DNA of 64,000 bases from an uncultured Candidatus Saccharibacteria bacterium (GCA_963516705.1 CAUQBM010000001.1:4183-68182); one strand, 5' to 3'. Counted from the first letter of the stretch, positions 38,651-48,317 are shown. Translations and numbers: made by a program. The notes: a model not told the origin generated them from the sequence alone.

Positions 38651-38830
38651 ATGAAAATGAACGCAAATCAGATTATTACTGATGACATGACTTTGGAAGA
38701 AAAATTGAGTGCCATTGACGCAGCTCTTAAAGCGGCGCAAGAAGCGGCTGATGATCAAGCAAAGTCGAACGGCACTGTTGCGGCACCAGTTGACCCAGCA
38801 AGTTTGACTATTTGTGACGGTTGCGAATAA
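38651..38830 (+). CDS. Small protein with C-terminal CxxC (candidate stand-alone RNR redox tail)
   Basis: Manual translation MKMNANQIITDDMTLEEKLSAIDAALKAAQEAADDQAKSNGTVAAPVDPASLTICDGCE*; 59 aa, below the track cutoff; has an RBS-like AGGGG and a promoter. Confidence 0.8.
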   Translation: MKMNANQIITDDMTLEEKLSAIDAALKAAQEAADDQAKSNGTVAAPVDPASLTICDGCE

Positions 38831-38892
38831 GGTCCATCAGCAGATATGATTATTGACAATATAGGGTTTTATATTGTATAATCAAGAGTATC

Positions 38893-39792
38893 GTGAAAGC
38901 AATTGAGACTTTTTCAGGATCTAAGGCTATAGAAGAGATTAAACAGTGCGCTAAAAAGGGTGCATCTGAAGGTCTGTATGATCCGAGCCCAAGAAGACTG
39001 CGCATTCCTCTTGAGTTGGCTACTGGTTTGCTTGGTAATGTGGATGTTGTTGTTGAGGGGGCTTGTAATCTTTTGGAGACAACTAAGAAAACCGAGGAGA
39101 ACGAGGGTATTATATTTGCTACGAGTCACCTAACAGACGTTGATGTTTCGACTGTTGCTAGCGTAGCTTCTGAGCTTAGACGTATAGGCATGACAGTAGC
39201 CTCCACTAATATGGATCTTTGGCATCAGAGGATACCATATGAACTTGTTGGGATGGATAACTTTTTTCAGGTTCCGTATGGAAGAGATCCGTCTGCGGAA
39301 AAAGGTGCCATTGATAATAAGTACGCGTTACCGTTTAATGGTGACGATTACTTAGGTCTGCAAGAAAAAATAACAGATAGTGGACTTTCTGTTATTACTG
39401 CAGCGCATAACCCGATGAGCAATATTGGGATAAAAAATGACGGTGAACTGCCAGAAAAGGCGGGTAAATTAGCTCCTCATCTAAGCCTGGCGACGGGTGC
39501 CACCATAATTCCTGTACTTATGCAGGTTGAGGGTCAGAAGAGAAATCCTAATCAACTCAATGACAATGCGATACATCTAAAGTGGCTTTTGGGTAAAAAA
39601 GTTGTGCGACTGGTATTTGGTGAGACTATTAAGCCTAATCCTGATGAAGTTGAAGCTTATGCCAATGTTTCGCATGAAGCGTCTTACTCAAAGGCGGCTC
39701 GTGAAGAGCAGTGTCGCATATTGGAGGCGTTTGGTGTGAAGGCGATATTGGGGTATATGCGTGATAAATATGATATGGTATTGGCTGCGTAA
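38893..39792 (+). CDS. Divergent PlsC/LPLAT-like acyltransferase, paralogue 1
   Basis: IIFATSHLTDVDV (HxxxxD), GATIIPV, VRLVFGETI; TTGACA-18bp-TATAAT promoter. Confidence 0.65.
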   Translation: MKAIETFSGSKAIEEIKQCAKKGASEGLYDPSPRRLRIPLELATGLLGNVDVVVEGACNLLETTKKTEENEGIIFATSHLTDVDVSTVASVASELRRIGMTVASTNMDLWHQRIPYELVGMDNFFQVPYGRDPSAEKGAIDNKYALPFNGDDYLGLQEKITDSGLSVITAAHNPMSNIGIKNDGELPEKAGKLAPHLSLATGATIIPVLMQVEGQKRNPNQLNDNAIHLKWLLGKKVVRLVFGETIKPNPDEVEAYANVSHEASYSKAAREEQCRILEAFGVKAILGYMRDKYDMVLAA

Positions 39793-39810
39793 TAAGGAGA
39801 GATAGTTAAA

Positions 39811-40833
39811 ATGACTGCAGGAATAGATAAATTTGCTCCAACCCCAGAAGAACAAAAATTGTTCGATGGAGTCTTCCATCCAGGCATCGCTGAAGAGTCT
39901 GATATTGACGTAAAAGAAACTGAGCCACAGAGAGAGGGTTTTTCTCTGTCGGTTGCGCTTGGTTCTCTTAAGAAATGGGTGCGTGGTAGACGAGAAAAGC
40001 ACAGCAAACCTTTTGGACTAACTAACAATTCGGCGGTAGAAAAACTTGAGGCAGCTGGAGAAGAATTGGGACTGCCAGAAACAGACGTTCGGCTTTCCTC
40101 TGGACTTAAGCTATTGATGGGCTTAATGCATGGCAAAAAGGAAGTTGAAATAATTGGCGAAGATATCTTAATTGAAGCCGCCAAAAAAGCCAAAGAAGAA
40201 GGCAAGGGAAGTGTTATAGCGCCAACACATTTCAATGGAGAGGATGTTCCTACAGCTAGTTATTTGGCGTCTCTGTTGAACAAAATTAATATTGGCGTAG
40301 CGTCGACTAATAGAGATTGGATTAAGAAGGGCGTTGGCGGAATCAACCTAGAGGCTATACAGTATCTTGCGTTTGGCGCTAAAAACTTTTTTGGTGTGCC
40401 ATATGAATGGGTAGATAAAAAGAGTAAAAAACCAGTTCACTTTTCAACAGACCATTATGAAGAAGCGGTTAAATTTGTTGAGGATGGTGGATCCTTGGTT
40501 TTGGCTGGATATTCAGCGGATGACTCAGTAGGTTCAAAGCCTCGCAGTGAAATGGGCTCTGCAGCGATTCATACGGCATTGAAATCTGGCGCAGACCTGA
40601 TATTTGTTTACGTATCGTCAGAGGACAAGAAACTTACTATTAGGGTCATGGAAGATGAAGACGGTATGTTTGCGGCGTTTAGCAATTCATATAGAAAGGC
40701 ACTAGAGATGAAGGATTCTGATGCATCCGAGCGTTTATTATCGTCATGCAAAGAGTACTTAAAAGACAGCGAAATAGGTAGAATTATAGCAGAAGAATAT
40801 AAGCGCCGATCGGACAAAAATAAAGCCAAGTAA
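39811..40833 (+). CDS. Divergent PlsC/LPLAT-like acyltransferase, paralogue 2
   Basis: VIAPTHFNGEDV (HxxxxD); GVASTN and NFFGVPY shared with paralogue 1. Confidence 0.6.
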   Translation: MTAGIDKFAPTPEEQKLFDGVFHPGIAEESDIDVKETEPQREGFSLSVALGSLKKWVRGRREKHSKPFGLTNNSAVEKLEAAGEELGLPETDVRLSSGLKLLMGLMHGKKEVEIIGEDILIEAAKKAKEEGKGSVIAPTHFNGEDVPTASYLASLLNKINIGVASTNRDWIKKGVGGINLEAIQYLAFGAKNFFGVPYEWVDKKSKKPVHFSTDHYEEAVKFVEDGGSLVLAGYSADDSVGSKPRSEMGSAAIHTALKSGADLIFVYVSSEDKKLTIRVMEDEDGMFAAFSNSYRKALEMKDSDASERLLSSCKEYLKDSEIGRIIAEEYKRRSDKNKAK

Positions 40834-40919
40834 GTGGTCGCAAGGTTATAGTTATTGACAAATCAAAAATAATGTGATATCATTTTACTGTATAAAAAAT
40901 TAAAACAAAAAGGAATAAA

Positions 40920-41078
40920 ATGGCTGAAGAAAAAGATATTCACGGACTTACCGAAGGCGTATTGAGCCGAGATGATATGTCGGCGTTGACTTATGTATTG
41001 CAACACGTGAAAGGATCTAGTCCAAGTTCGGCGACGAAATTAAGTCTGGAACTGGAAGAGCTTGACGAAACAGCGTAG
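40920..41078 (+). CDS. Small acidic hypothetical protein (52 aa)
   Basis: MAEEKDIHGLTEGVLSRDDMSALTYVLQHVKGSSPSSATKLSLELEELDETA*; TTGACA-17bp-TATCAT promoter at 40855-40883 and AAGGA RBS. Confidence 0.55.
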   Translation: MAEEKDIHGLTEGVLSRDDMSALTYVLQHVKGSSPSSATKLSLELEELDETA

Positions 41079-41123
41079 GGATTTAGCTAGATAATAATCC
41101 ACCTCTGTTGTATACTGGACAGT

Positions 41124-42755
41124 ATGGAACAGATTATTTCTCAAGTAGTGAAGCAACTTTTTGATCAAGATATATCGGTACAATCGACGCGTCCTGATCC
41201 GAAGTTTGGTGACTTTGCTACAAATGTGGCGTTGCAATTAGCTAAGCCGCTAGGGAAGAATCCGCGTGAAATTGCGGAGATGATTGCTGAGAATCTGCGT
41301 AAAGAAGAAGAGTTTAGCGAAGTAAGCGTGGCTGGTCCAGGTTTTATCAATGTAAAACTGAGCGATCAATCCGTTCTAAATTCTTTGAAAAAAGAGCCGA
41401 CGACGAAGCGCGCTGGTCAGACGGTTGTGATTGAAACCAATTGTCCGAATCCATTTAAGGCTATGCATATCGGACACGCTTTGAATGCGATTTTGGCGGA
41501 CACGATGGCTAATTTGCTGGCGGTTGATGGCGCAATTGTGCATCGAGTGAGTTATCACGGTGATGTCGGAACGCATGTCGGCAAAAGTATGTGGGCGATT
41601 TTGCGTGAGATTGACGGCGATGTGAATAAATTGAACGAAATCTCAGCCGATAAGCGAAATGAATTTATGAGTCGCATGTACGTTGAAGGTGCGCGTGCGG
41701 CGAAAGAATCTCCAGAGGCAAAGGCAGAAATTGATGAACTAGCCAAGCAGTCATTCGTTCTGGATGATCCGCTATATAAACAAGTTTACGAAATCTGTAA
41801 AAGTTGGAGTTTTGACGAAATCGATTCTAATGTTGGGCGACTTGGAAACGTGCCGATTGAGCGACGTTACGTTGAGAGCGAAACTGAAGAATTGGGCAAA
41901 TCTCTGATTAAAGAAAAAACTCCAGAGGTGTTCACCAAATCTGACGGCGCATACGTCTTTAAGGGCAGCAAATATGGCGCGTTTGATAACGTGTTTATTG
42001 GATCTCATGGCAATGGTCTTTATGGGGCGCATGATATGGGATTGATTCAGCTGAAGTATAAGGATTACCCAGATTTGAACTTGTCAATTACAGTAAACGC
42101 CGAGGAGCAAGCAGCATATTTCCGTGGCGTGATTGCGGCTAGTGAATTGTCGATTCCGGCTTTGAAGGGAAAATTGTTCAATTACGCGACTGGCTTTGTT
42201 AAATTGGCAACTGGAAAGATGAGTTCGCGAACGGGTGAGGTTGTTACAATTGGCTGGCTGTTTGACGAGTTTAAGAAGGCAATTGAAAATGCTGGTGGTG
42301 AACCAACTGACGACGTGATCGCTGGCGCGCTTCGTTATCAATTCTTGAAAGTGAAGATCGGCGGCGACGTCATATTTGATATTAACGACGCGGTAAGTTT
42401 GACTGGAAATACGGGAAGCTACTTGCAATACGCCCATGCTCGAGCGCGAGGTATTTTAGCTAAATCCGATAAAGAAATTGCCTTTCCGACAGAGTTGTTT
42501 GACGAGGATAAGATGCTGGTCAGAAAGTTGAGTGAGTACGTGGACGTGGTTGACCGCGCCAAAGAAAGTTTGGAGCCTCATCACATTTGTACTTATCTGT
42601 TTGAATTGGCGCAGGAATTTAATCGATATTACGAGAAAAATCAGGTTATTGGTAGCGACAAAGAGGTACATCGTGTAGGAATCGTGGCAATTTATGCCGA
42701 TATTCTTAAGGCTGGATTGGCTATTTTGGGAATCGTGGCGCCAGAACGGTTGTAA
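41124..42755 (+). CDS. argS: Arginine--tRNA ligase
   Basis: FGDFATN, AGPGFIN, PNPFKAMHIGH, KMSSRTG, YLQYAHAR. Confidence 0.96.
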   Translation: MEQIISQVVKQLFDQDISVQSTRPDPKFGDFATNVALQLAKPLGKNPREIAEMIAENLRKEEEFSEVSVAGPGFINVKLSDQSVLNSLKKEPTTKRAGQTVVIETNCPNPFKAMHIGHALNAILADTMANLLAVDGAIVHRVSYHGDVGTHVGKSMWAILREIDGDVNKLNEISADKRNEFMSRMYVEGARAAKESPEAKAEIDELAKQSFVLDDPLYKQVYEICKSWSFDEIDSNVGRLGNVPIERRYVESETEELGKSLIKEKTPEVFTKSDGAYVFKGSKYGAFDNVFIGSHGNGLYGAHDMGLIQLKYKDYPDLNLSITVNAEEQAAYFRGVIAASELSIPALKGKLFNYATGFVKLATGKMSSRTGEVVTIGWLFDEFKKAIENAGGEPTDDVIAGALRYQFLKVKIGGDVIFDINDAVSLTGNTGSYLQYAHARARGILAKSDKEIAFPTELFDEDKMLVRKLSEYVDVVDRAKESLEPHHICTYLFELAQEFNRYYEKNQVIGSDKEVHRVGIVAIYADILKAGLAILGIVAPERL

Positions 42756-42786
42756 AATATACTATATTAGTATATAATATGCCTTT

Positions 42787-42940
42787 ATGAATGAGCGAGG
42801 CGGGCAGTCGGATAAACGTCAAGATAGATGCGATCAATACTTATCATCGCAATTATTAACTCCGAGAAGTGATATAGCAGAGAAAAGGTCGCAGCTGGTA
42901 TTGCAGATGAGATTATGGAAGTCTTAGCAAATTGTAACGT
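42787..42940 (+). pseudogene. Probable 5' fragment of an interrupted gene
   Basis: TATAAT-8bp-ATG start, then the short ORF MNERGGQSDKRQ... ending just before the inserted cassette. Confidence 0.4.
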
Positions 42941-42955
42941 CGTTCTAGCATAATG

Positions 42956-42984
42956 GGTGACCTGAGTAAGTCGTTAAACTGCTC
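42956..42984 (+). ncRNA. Candidate compact H-type pseudoknot in a 5' leader
   Basis: GGTGAC/GTCGTT stem 1; loop GAGTA pairs with downstream TGCTC after an AAAC linker; precedes an AAGGAAGGAG RBS. Confidence 0.45.
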
Positions 42985-43010
42985 TGCCTAATAAAAAGGA
43001 AGGAGTAATT

Positions 43011-43262
43011 ATGAACCACGAAGACGAAATTAATAACCAAATTGCACGACTACTGAAGATTGGAGACTATGCAGATAATGCATTATTCTGCATGTTCGTA
43101 ATGACTTTACTGTTAGGAATCTTCGGACTTCTAACAATATCTAACATCTGTATATCCGCTGTATTAATAATTCTAAGTGTCATTGTCAGAACTAGATGTA
43201 GCATAAAGATAGCACGACTAATGTATGAATCATCAGACTATCGTGATGAAGAGAATCTATAA
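43011..43262 (+). CDS. Small 2-TM membrane protein, likely foreign
   Basis: 83 aa, strong RBS, CTA/ATA-rich codons unlike neighbours. Confidence 0.65.
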   Translation: MNHEDEINNQIARLLKIGDYADNALFCMFVMTLLLGIFGLLTISNICISAVLIILSVIVRTRCSIKIARLMYESSDYRDEENL

Positions 43263-44233
43263 CAGTAAAATCTGTTGCAGAGCTTGTTCGTGAAACACTT
43301 TATTTTAGGTCTACAGATAGTAGCTCGCGAGAATTTAACGCAGAGAATATCGCTAAATATGAAGTTGCTAACTGTTACGGGCATACAATCGTTGCGTCAG
43401 AATGCTTAGAAAAATTAGGAATTGAACATTTCATTAGTTATGTAAATCAACACACGTTCATCACGCTATTTGATCGTAGTAGTGATAGATTGTTTATAAT
43501 AGATGTTTTGACAGAGGAGTTGCGCTGTGAAATGACTGACGCCATTGGCTTTGATGGAATAGATCCAGTTGAGCAGTTGTATTATGGTGAACTCAGAGCT
43601 AATAGTACTTTATATACAGATTTATTATTGCAGAAATTGCCCTCGTCCGTTAATAGAAGTGATTTTATAGCTCGACGGGAATGGTTGATGTTCTCGGATG
43701 GTATGAAATATCGAGATGGCTACGGAAGAAATGCACGACTACAGATGCTTACTCTGCCGTCCATTTCAGGTAGATTATTATTGCTAGATGAATATAATGC
43801 TCGAATTGATCAGTTGAATGGGCGATATAAAGAGGCTGCGGATAAAATAGTAGACTTGTCTGGTATATATTTGGATGTTGATTCTCGGAATGATTTGAAA
43901 GAAGCGGATAAATTATGTAGAGAATTAATAAAACAAGGCAGTGGTGATTTGGCTGTTCAAGTAGCGTCCGTGGTAAATGATAGTTTGTTGTCGGGAGATC
44001 CTTCAAAGAACAGGCTGTTTCTGCCTGATGTTATACGTAAAGTAGCTAAACATGATAGGGATATTAACTTATTAAATGAGGCAATTAGGTTGTATAAGGA
44101 AATTATCAATAGTAAACCTAAGTATGATAGCTTGGCTGTGGGGAAGTTAAGGGCTGCCGAAAAGTTACTGAGGTCTATGAAGGCTGCTGGTGCGATTGTG
44201 TGCGATGCTACCTGTGATAAAATTAGTGAATAA
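43250..44233 (+). pseudogene. Transglutaminase-like cysteine-protease domain protein, 5'-truncated
   Basis: The frame of the 43490 ORF stays open back to 43250 with no ATG/GTG/TTG and reads ANCYGHTIVASECLEKLGIEHFISYVNQHTFITLFD...LFIID (Cys-His-Asp). Confidence 0.6.
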
Positions 44234-44254
44234 ATATCTAATAAAAGGAGTTTT

Positions 44255-44731
44255 ATGGTAGCGAAATCTACTGAGTCAAAAAAACCAACAAATAAGGACG
44301 TAAAAGCAGCGAAAACATCAGCTAAAAAACTAACTGCTAATAGTATTAAAACAGTCACGAAAGTTGCCGCCATCAAAGAAAAGAAAATTGTAAGTGCAGC
44401 TATAAAAGATACTCATATGGGTGGGTTTGTAAACTTTATTCGCGAGCAAGGTGTTGTTGGTTTGGCTGTAGGTTTGGCAATTGGTACTGCAGCTGGTGAT
44501 ACGGTTAAAAAGTTAGTGACGGCATTTATTGACCCGTTAGTGCAGTTGATCGTTGGCTCTCAACAAGGATTGCAATCAGCTTCATTTACGGTTGAAGTTG
44601 CTGGACGTAAAGGCGAATTTTTATACGGCGCGTTCGTTAGTTCGTTAATTACGTTGATAGCCGTTGCATTTGTTGTATATGCAATCGTTCACTTCTTTAA
44701 ACTCGATAAATTAGACAAGAAAAAGGACTAA
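44255..44731 (+). CDS. mscL: MscL family mechanosensitive channel with Lys-rich N-terminal extension
   Basis: F..FIREQGVVGLAVGLAIG...LV..FIDPLV...YGAFVSSLI. Confidence 0.85.
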   Translation: MVAKSTESKKPTNKDVKAAKTSAKKLTANSIKTVTKVAAIKEKKIVSAAIKDTHMGGFVNFIREQGVVGLAVGLAIGTAAGDTVKKLVTAFIDPLVQLIVGSQQGLQSASFTVEVAGRKGEFLYGAFVSSLITLIAVAFVVYAIVHFFKLDKLDKKKD

Positions 44732-44734
44732 ACC

Positions 44735-45439
44735 TTAACTAATAAGTGTGCCTACTGATTCTCCGCGGGTTGCGCGGAGAATATTTCCGTCTGTAAGCAA
44801 ATCGCAAATTACAACTGGAATATGCTCATCCATAGCTAGTCCAATTGCCGCCTTATCCATAACGGCAATGTTAGGATTTGTTAGGGCTTCTTGGTAAGAT
44901 AAATGGTCAATTTTTACAGCGTCAGGGAATTTCATAGGATCTTTATCGTAAACTCCGTCGACTTTCGTTGTTTTAACCACGGCGTCACACTGCATTTCCA
45001 ATGCTAGATTTAACGCTGCAGTATCAGTGGTCAGAAATGGTCTACCGGTGCCGCACGCTACGATTACAATGCGGTTTTTCTTAATATGGCTAATGGCGCG
45101 TCGGAAAGTGTAGTGATCAATAAATTGATTCACTTCGACCGTGGACAATGCGCGAGTTGGAAGTCCTGCGTCGTTTAATACGTCAGCTAGGGCAATGGCA
45201 TTCATTAGCGTAGAAAGCATCCCGATGTTATGAGCGGAAACAGGTTGGATTCCGTGACCGATGATTTGGTTACCGCGGACGTAGTTGCCGCCGCCAACCA
45301 TAATTACAATCTCAGCCCCGTCGTCCAGCGCTGGTCGAATTTGCTCAGCAATCCAGCGAGCGCGTTTTGGGTCAAAGCCGCTGGCGAATTCGCCTTGAAG
45401 TTGTTCACCTGATAATTTGAGTAGGATGCGTTTTGTCAT
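44735..45439 (-). CDS. pyrH: UMP kinase
   Basis: RILLKLSGE, VGGGN, GTGRPFLTTDTAA, VDGVYDKDP. Confidence 0.96.
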   Translation of the reverse strand: MTKRILLKLSGEQLQGEFASGFDPKRARWIAEQIRPALDDGAEIVIMVGGGNYVRGNQIIGHGIQPVSAHNIGMLSTLMNAIALADVLNDAGLPTRALSTVEVNQFIDHYTFRRAISHIKKNRIVIVACGTGRPFLTTDTAALNLALEMQCDAVVKTTKVDGVYDKDPMKFPDAVKIDHLSYQEALTNPNIAVMDKAAIGLAMDEHIPVVICDLLTDGNILRATRGESVGTLIS

Positions 45440-45634
45440 GACACCAGTGTATCATAGCGCACTTGAAAAATAACATAAATGCAAAAGGGAGGCGGCAGTG
45501 TAATACGAATTGCGATTTGCTATACAAATATTCGTTTTTTAAGTTAGACAAACTAGACAAGAAAAAGCTAAGACGCTTACGTTTGCTATTTTACTTTCTC
45601 CTATCTACAATGTGAGTATAAAGGAGAGAGTAGT

Positions 45635-48181
45635 GTGAAAGATGGAGTTCGGCGTCCGAGCTATTTACGTAGATCGCAAGAATCTAGCAGTAGTCATTTA
45701 TTGAGTCGAAATATTGAAAGACCCAGTCAACCGTCGTATAGTTATGGTGAACCGCCCGAACAGAGGCGACAGCGTTTAAAAGAATTGCGGGAACGGTACA
45801 GTAAACTACCGGAAACTCCTTTTGCTGACTATGATCTTGGTGACAAAAAACTACCTGCATATAAGCACAAAGCAGAGATATTAGACACATTATCGGAAAG
45901 TAAAATATCCTGGCTGTGCGGACCGACGGGTAGTGGTAAAACGACACAAACCGCTCAGTATGCACTGGAGCGGTTTGATCGTGTCGTGGTGTTGATGCCG
46001 CGGCGGGTTATCGTCGATAATGTTACTGAATATGTCGAGAAGAGTTTGCGTGAACAGCTTGGCGAACAATATCCTAATCACTTGGTGGGCAAGATTCACG
46101 GACGTGCCACTGAAGCGACGCCGGACACTAGGCTCTGTTTCATGACTCCAGCAACGTTTACGAAAAAGCTGGAACAATTTTCTAGCGACTGGCAGGACGA
46201 GAAGACGCTTATCCTGGTTGATGAAATACATGAAGCCAATTTGGAGATGGAATTTGCTACCGCTCTGGCGGCAAAATCGATAGAGAATACCGGCAAATGG
46301 CATATGGCTTTTTCTAGTGCCACGCCTGATACAGAAGCTTCTCAGGCGATGTACGAAGATATTAATGGGTCAGAACTACCAGTCGTAACCATTAAGGGTC
46401 GGCCGCATGATATCGACATTACAGAAGATAAGGTGAATACGATATCTGAAGCGTATCTCGAATATGGTAAGGACTCGAAAAAATCACTGGTCTTTGTTGA
46501 AGGTGTGAGAAGTATCGAGGAGACTATTGCGTCAATCAAGCGTCATACTCGCCATCAATCCGGGAAAATACGATTTTTCAAACTACATTCTGGCATATCA
46601 GAAGCTGCGCGCCGAGAGATTTTTACTGCCAAACCAGCAGAAGATGAGTCGTTTGTCATCGTTTCGACCTCGGCTGGACAGTCTGGAATCACTATCCCTG
46701 AGGTTGATTTGGTGCTATCGAATGGACTGACGAAGAGTAAGGAGATTGGCGAAGAGGGCACGGAGGGGTTGCCACCTCGATTGTGCACTCAAGCAGAGCT
46801 GATGCAGCAGGCGGGGCGGGGCGGTCGTGATATTGATGGCGCTAAGTTTGTATTGGCTCGTCCGATATCTTACGATAAGATTTATTTGCCAGATGAGCTG
46901 AAAGGATTTTATGATATTGCGTCCCGTGAACAGCATATTCCACCGGAGATATATCACACGAATATTGTGCGCAACGTTTTGTCGGCTATCCATCTGAATG
47001 GTGATTTTGAGGATCTGAACCGATACCTGATGCATCCTGTTACTAGTAAAAAAGTTATTCAAGAGTCGTACGATTTGCTGGAAACCCTGGAAGCAATTGA
47101 TGGAGAGGGGCAGATCACAAAAATTGGTGAGTTTATGGATAGTTTACCATTGTCGCCAGAACTTTCTCGGTCATTAGCGGAAATGATTAAGAATGGGGGA
47201 AGCTTACGTGAAGTGTTGGCATTATCGGCCATGGCAGCCTCCGTCTCGGGTGGTGGCTTTGCTGCCTGGCATCAACCAAAGGAATTGTTTCAGGAATTTG
47301 TCAGCCCCGATACAACAGATGACTTTTTTGCCGAATACGATGCTTTTTTGAAAACCAGAGAGATTTATGACGGCTGTCGTACTGACAATGACGTCTACCT
47401 GACTAATGGTATTGATCCCAATAAGGCGGATAATATTCACTATCAATTTAGTAAAATATGTCGGCGCCTGTCGGTTAATCCAAACGATATCGACATGGGT
47501 GAACTAAACAGCGAGGAAAAACACAATATATCGGTGGCTTTGGTGCGCGGGTTTCAGGAATTATTGTATACCAAAGCTGGTAGTCGGCGCATTGGACGAA
47601 CAACAGTCAACCAATACACGAACATTCACACCGGCGAACGTGGTATTTCTGAGTATGAAATTAGTTCGCACAGCTTAGTGCGACGTATGGGCTCGGAGGC
47701 GCTGAAGTTGGCCCTGGCTTTACCGTGGTGGTATGATACGCGTGATGGTCGTCGATACACACTCAACACAATTTTACCAGTAACCAAGAATCAAGTTGCT
47801 CAAGCCTTGAGTAGCAGCGCTGTGTCTGAATCCCTTGGTGATAGAGTTGCTCCTAATGGTGACTTGGTTCGTGTGACGCGGCCGAAAGTCGGCTCGCTGA
47901 TACTCGGTCCAGAGCGGCAGCAAAAAATCCCCGCCATAACAGATGAGCAAATCGCGCTGATAGTAGACGCAATGAAAAACAAGGCTAATAAACAAGTAAG
48001 AGTATTGTTTGATTTACAACATCAGCGAGTTATCACCAAGGGTCAATTGCATCAGGTCCTAGACGGGTCTGCGGTAAATAGTCACAATGTCCATGAGGCG
48101 GAGGCTAAGGTTTGGGCTGAAGTGCAGAATGTGTTAACGAGCGAGCAGCAAGAAGCTTTTTATGGTCAGATAAACAGATAA
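45635..48181 (+). CDS. DEAH/RHA-family (HrpA-like) SF2 helicase, divergent
   Basis: LPAY, GPTGSGKTTQ, PRRV, DEIHE, SAT, LHS, SGITIP, QQAGRGGR. Confidence 0.85.
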   Translation: MKDGVRRPSYLRRSQESSSSHLLSRNIERPSQPSYSYGEPPEQRRQRLKELRERYSKLPETPFADYDLGDKKLPAYKHKAEILDTLSESKISWLCGPTGSGKTTQTAQYALERFDRVVVLMPRRVIVDNVTEYVEKSLREQLGEQYPNHLVGKIHGRATEATPDTRLCFMTPATFTKKLEQFSSDWQDEKTLILVDEIHEANLEMEFATALAAKSIENTGKWHMAFSSATPDTEASQAMYEDINGSELPVVTIKGRPHDIDITEDKVNTISEAYLEYGKDSKKSLVFVEGVRSIEETIASIKRHTRHQSGKIRFFKLHSGISEAARREIFTAKPAEDESFVIVSTSAGQSGITIPEVDLVLSNGLTKSKEIGEEGTEGLPPRLCTQAELMQQAGRGGRDIDGAKFVLARPISYDKIYLPDELKGFYDIASREQHIPPEIYHTNIVRNVLSAIHLNGDFEDLNRYLMHPVTSKKVIQESYDLLETLEAIDGEGQITKIGEFMDSLPLSPELSRSLAEMIKNGGSLREVLALSAMAASVSGGGFAAWHQPKELFQEFVSPDTTDDFFAEYDAFLKTREIYDGCRTDNDVYLTNGIDPNKADNIHYQFSKICRRLSVNPNDIDMGELNSEEKHNISVALVRGFQELLYTKAGSRRIGRTTVNQYTNIHTGERGISEYEISSHSLVRRMGSEALKLALALPWWYDTRDGRRYTLNTILPVTKNQVAQALSSSAVSESLGDRVAPNGDLVRVTRPKVGSLILGPERQQKIPAITDEQIALIVDAMKNKANKQVRVLFDLQHQRVITKGQLHQVLDGSAVNSHNVHEAEAKVWAEVQNVLTSEQQEAFYGQINR

Positions 48182-48200
48182 CGAGTGTATAATAGATAGT

Positions 48201-48268
48201 ATGAGTAAGGCAAAAAAATATTATGGATCGACCTGGAGATGACTGGACTAGATCCAGTGCGCGATGAG
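48201..48268 (+). pseudogene. Truncated, frameshifted 5' remnant of orn
   Basis: MSKAKK/(frameshift in an A7 run)/ILWIDLEMTGLDPVRDE matches intact Orn KKILWVDLEMTGLDPVRDE; own TATAAT-7bp-ATG. Confidence 0.85.
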
Positions 48269-48317
48269 AGGACTTCTTTGATTGACTTTTTAAATTGTTT
48301 ATGTTATAATAGTAATT

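Noticed and set aside
45440..45634. pyrH-helicase intergenic region with a short TAGACAA tandem repeat
   Set aside because: Only two short copies and no convincing structure
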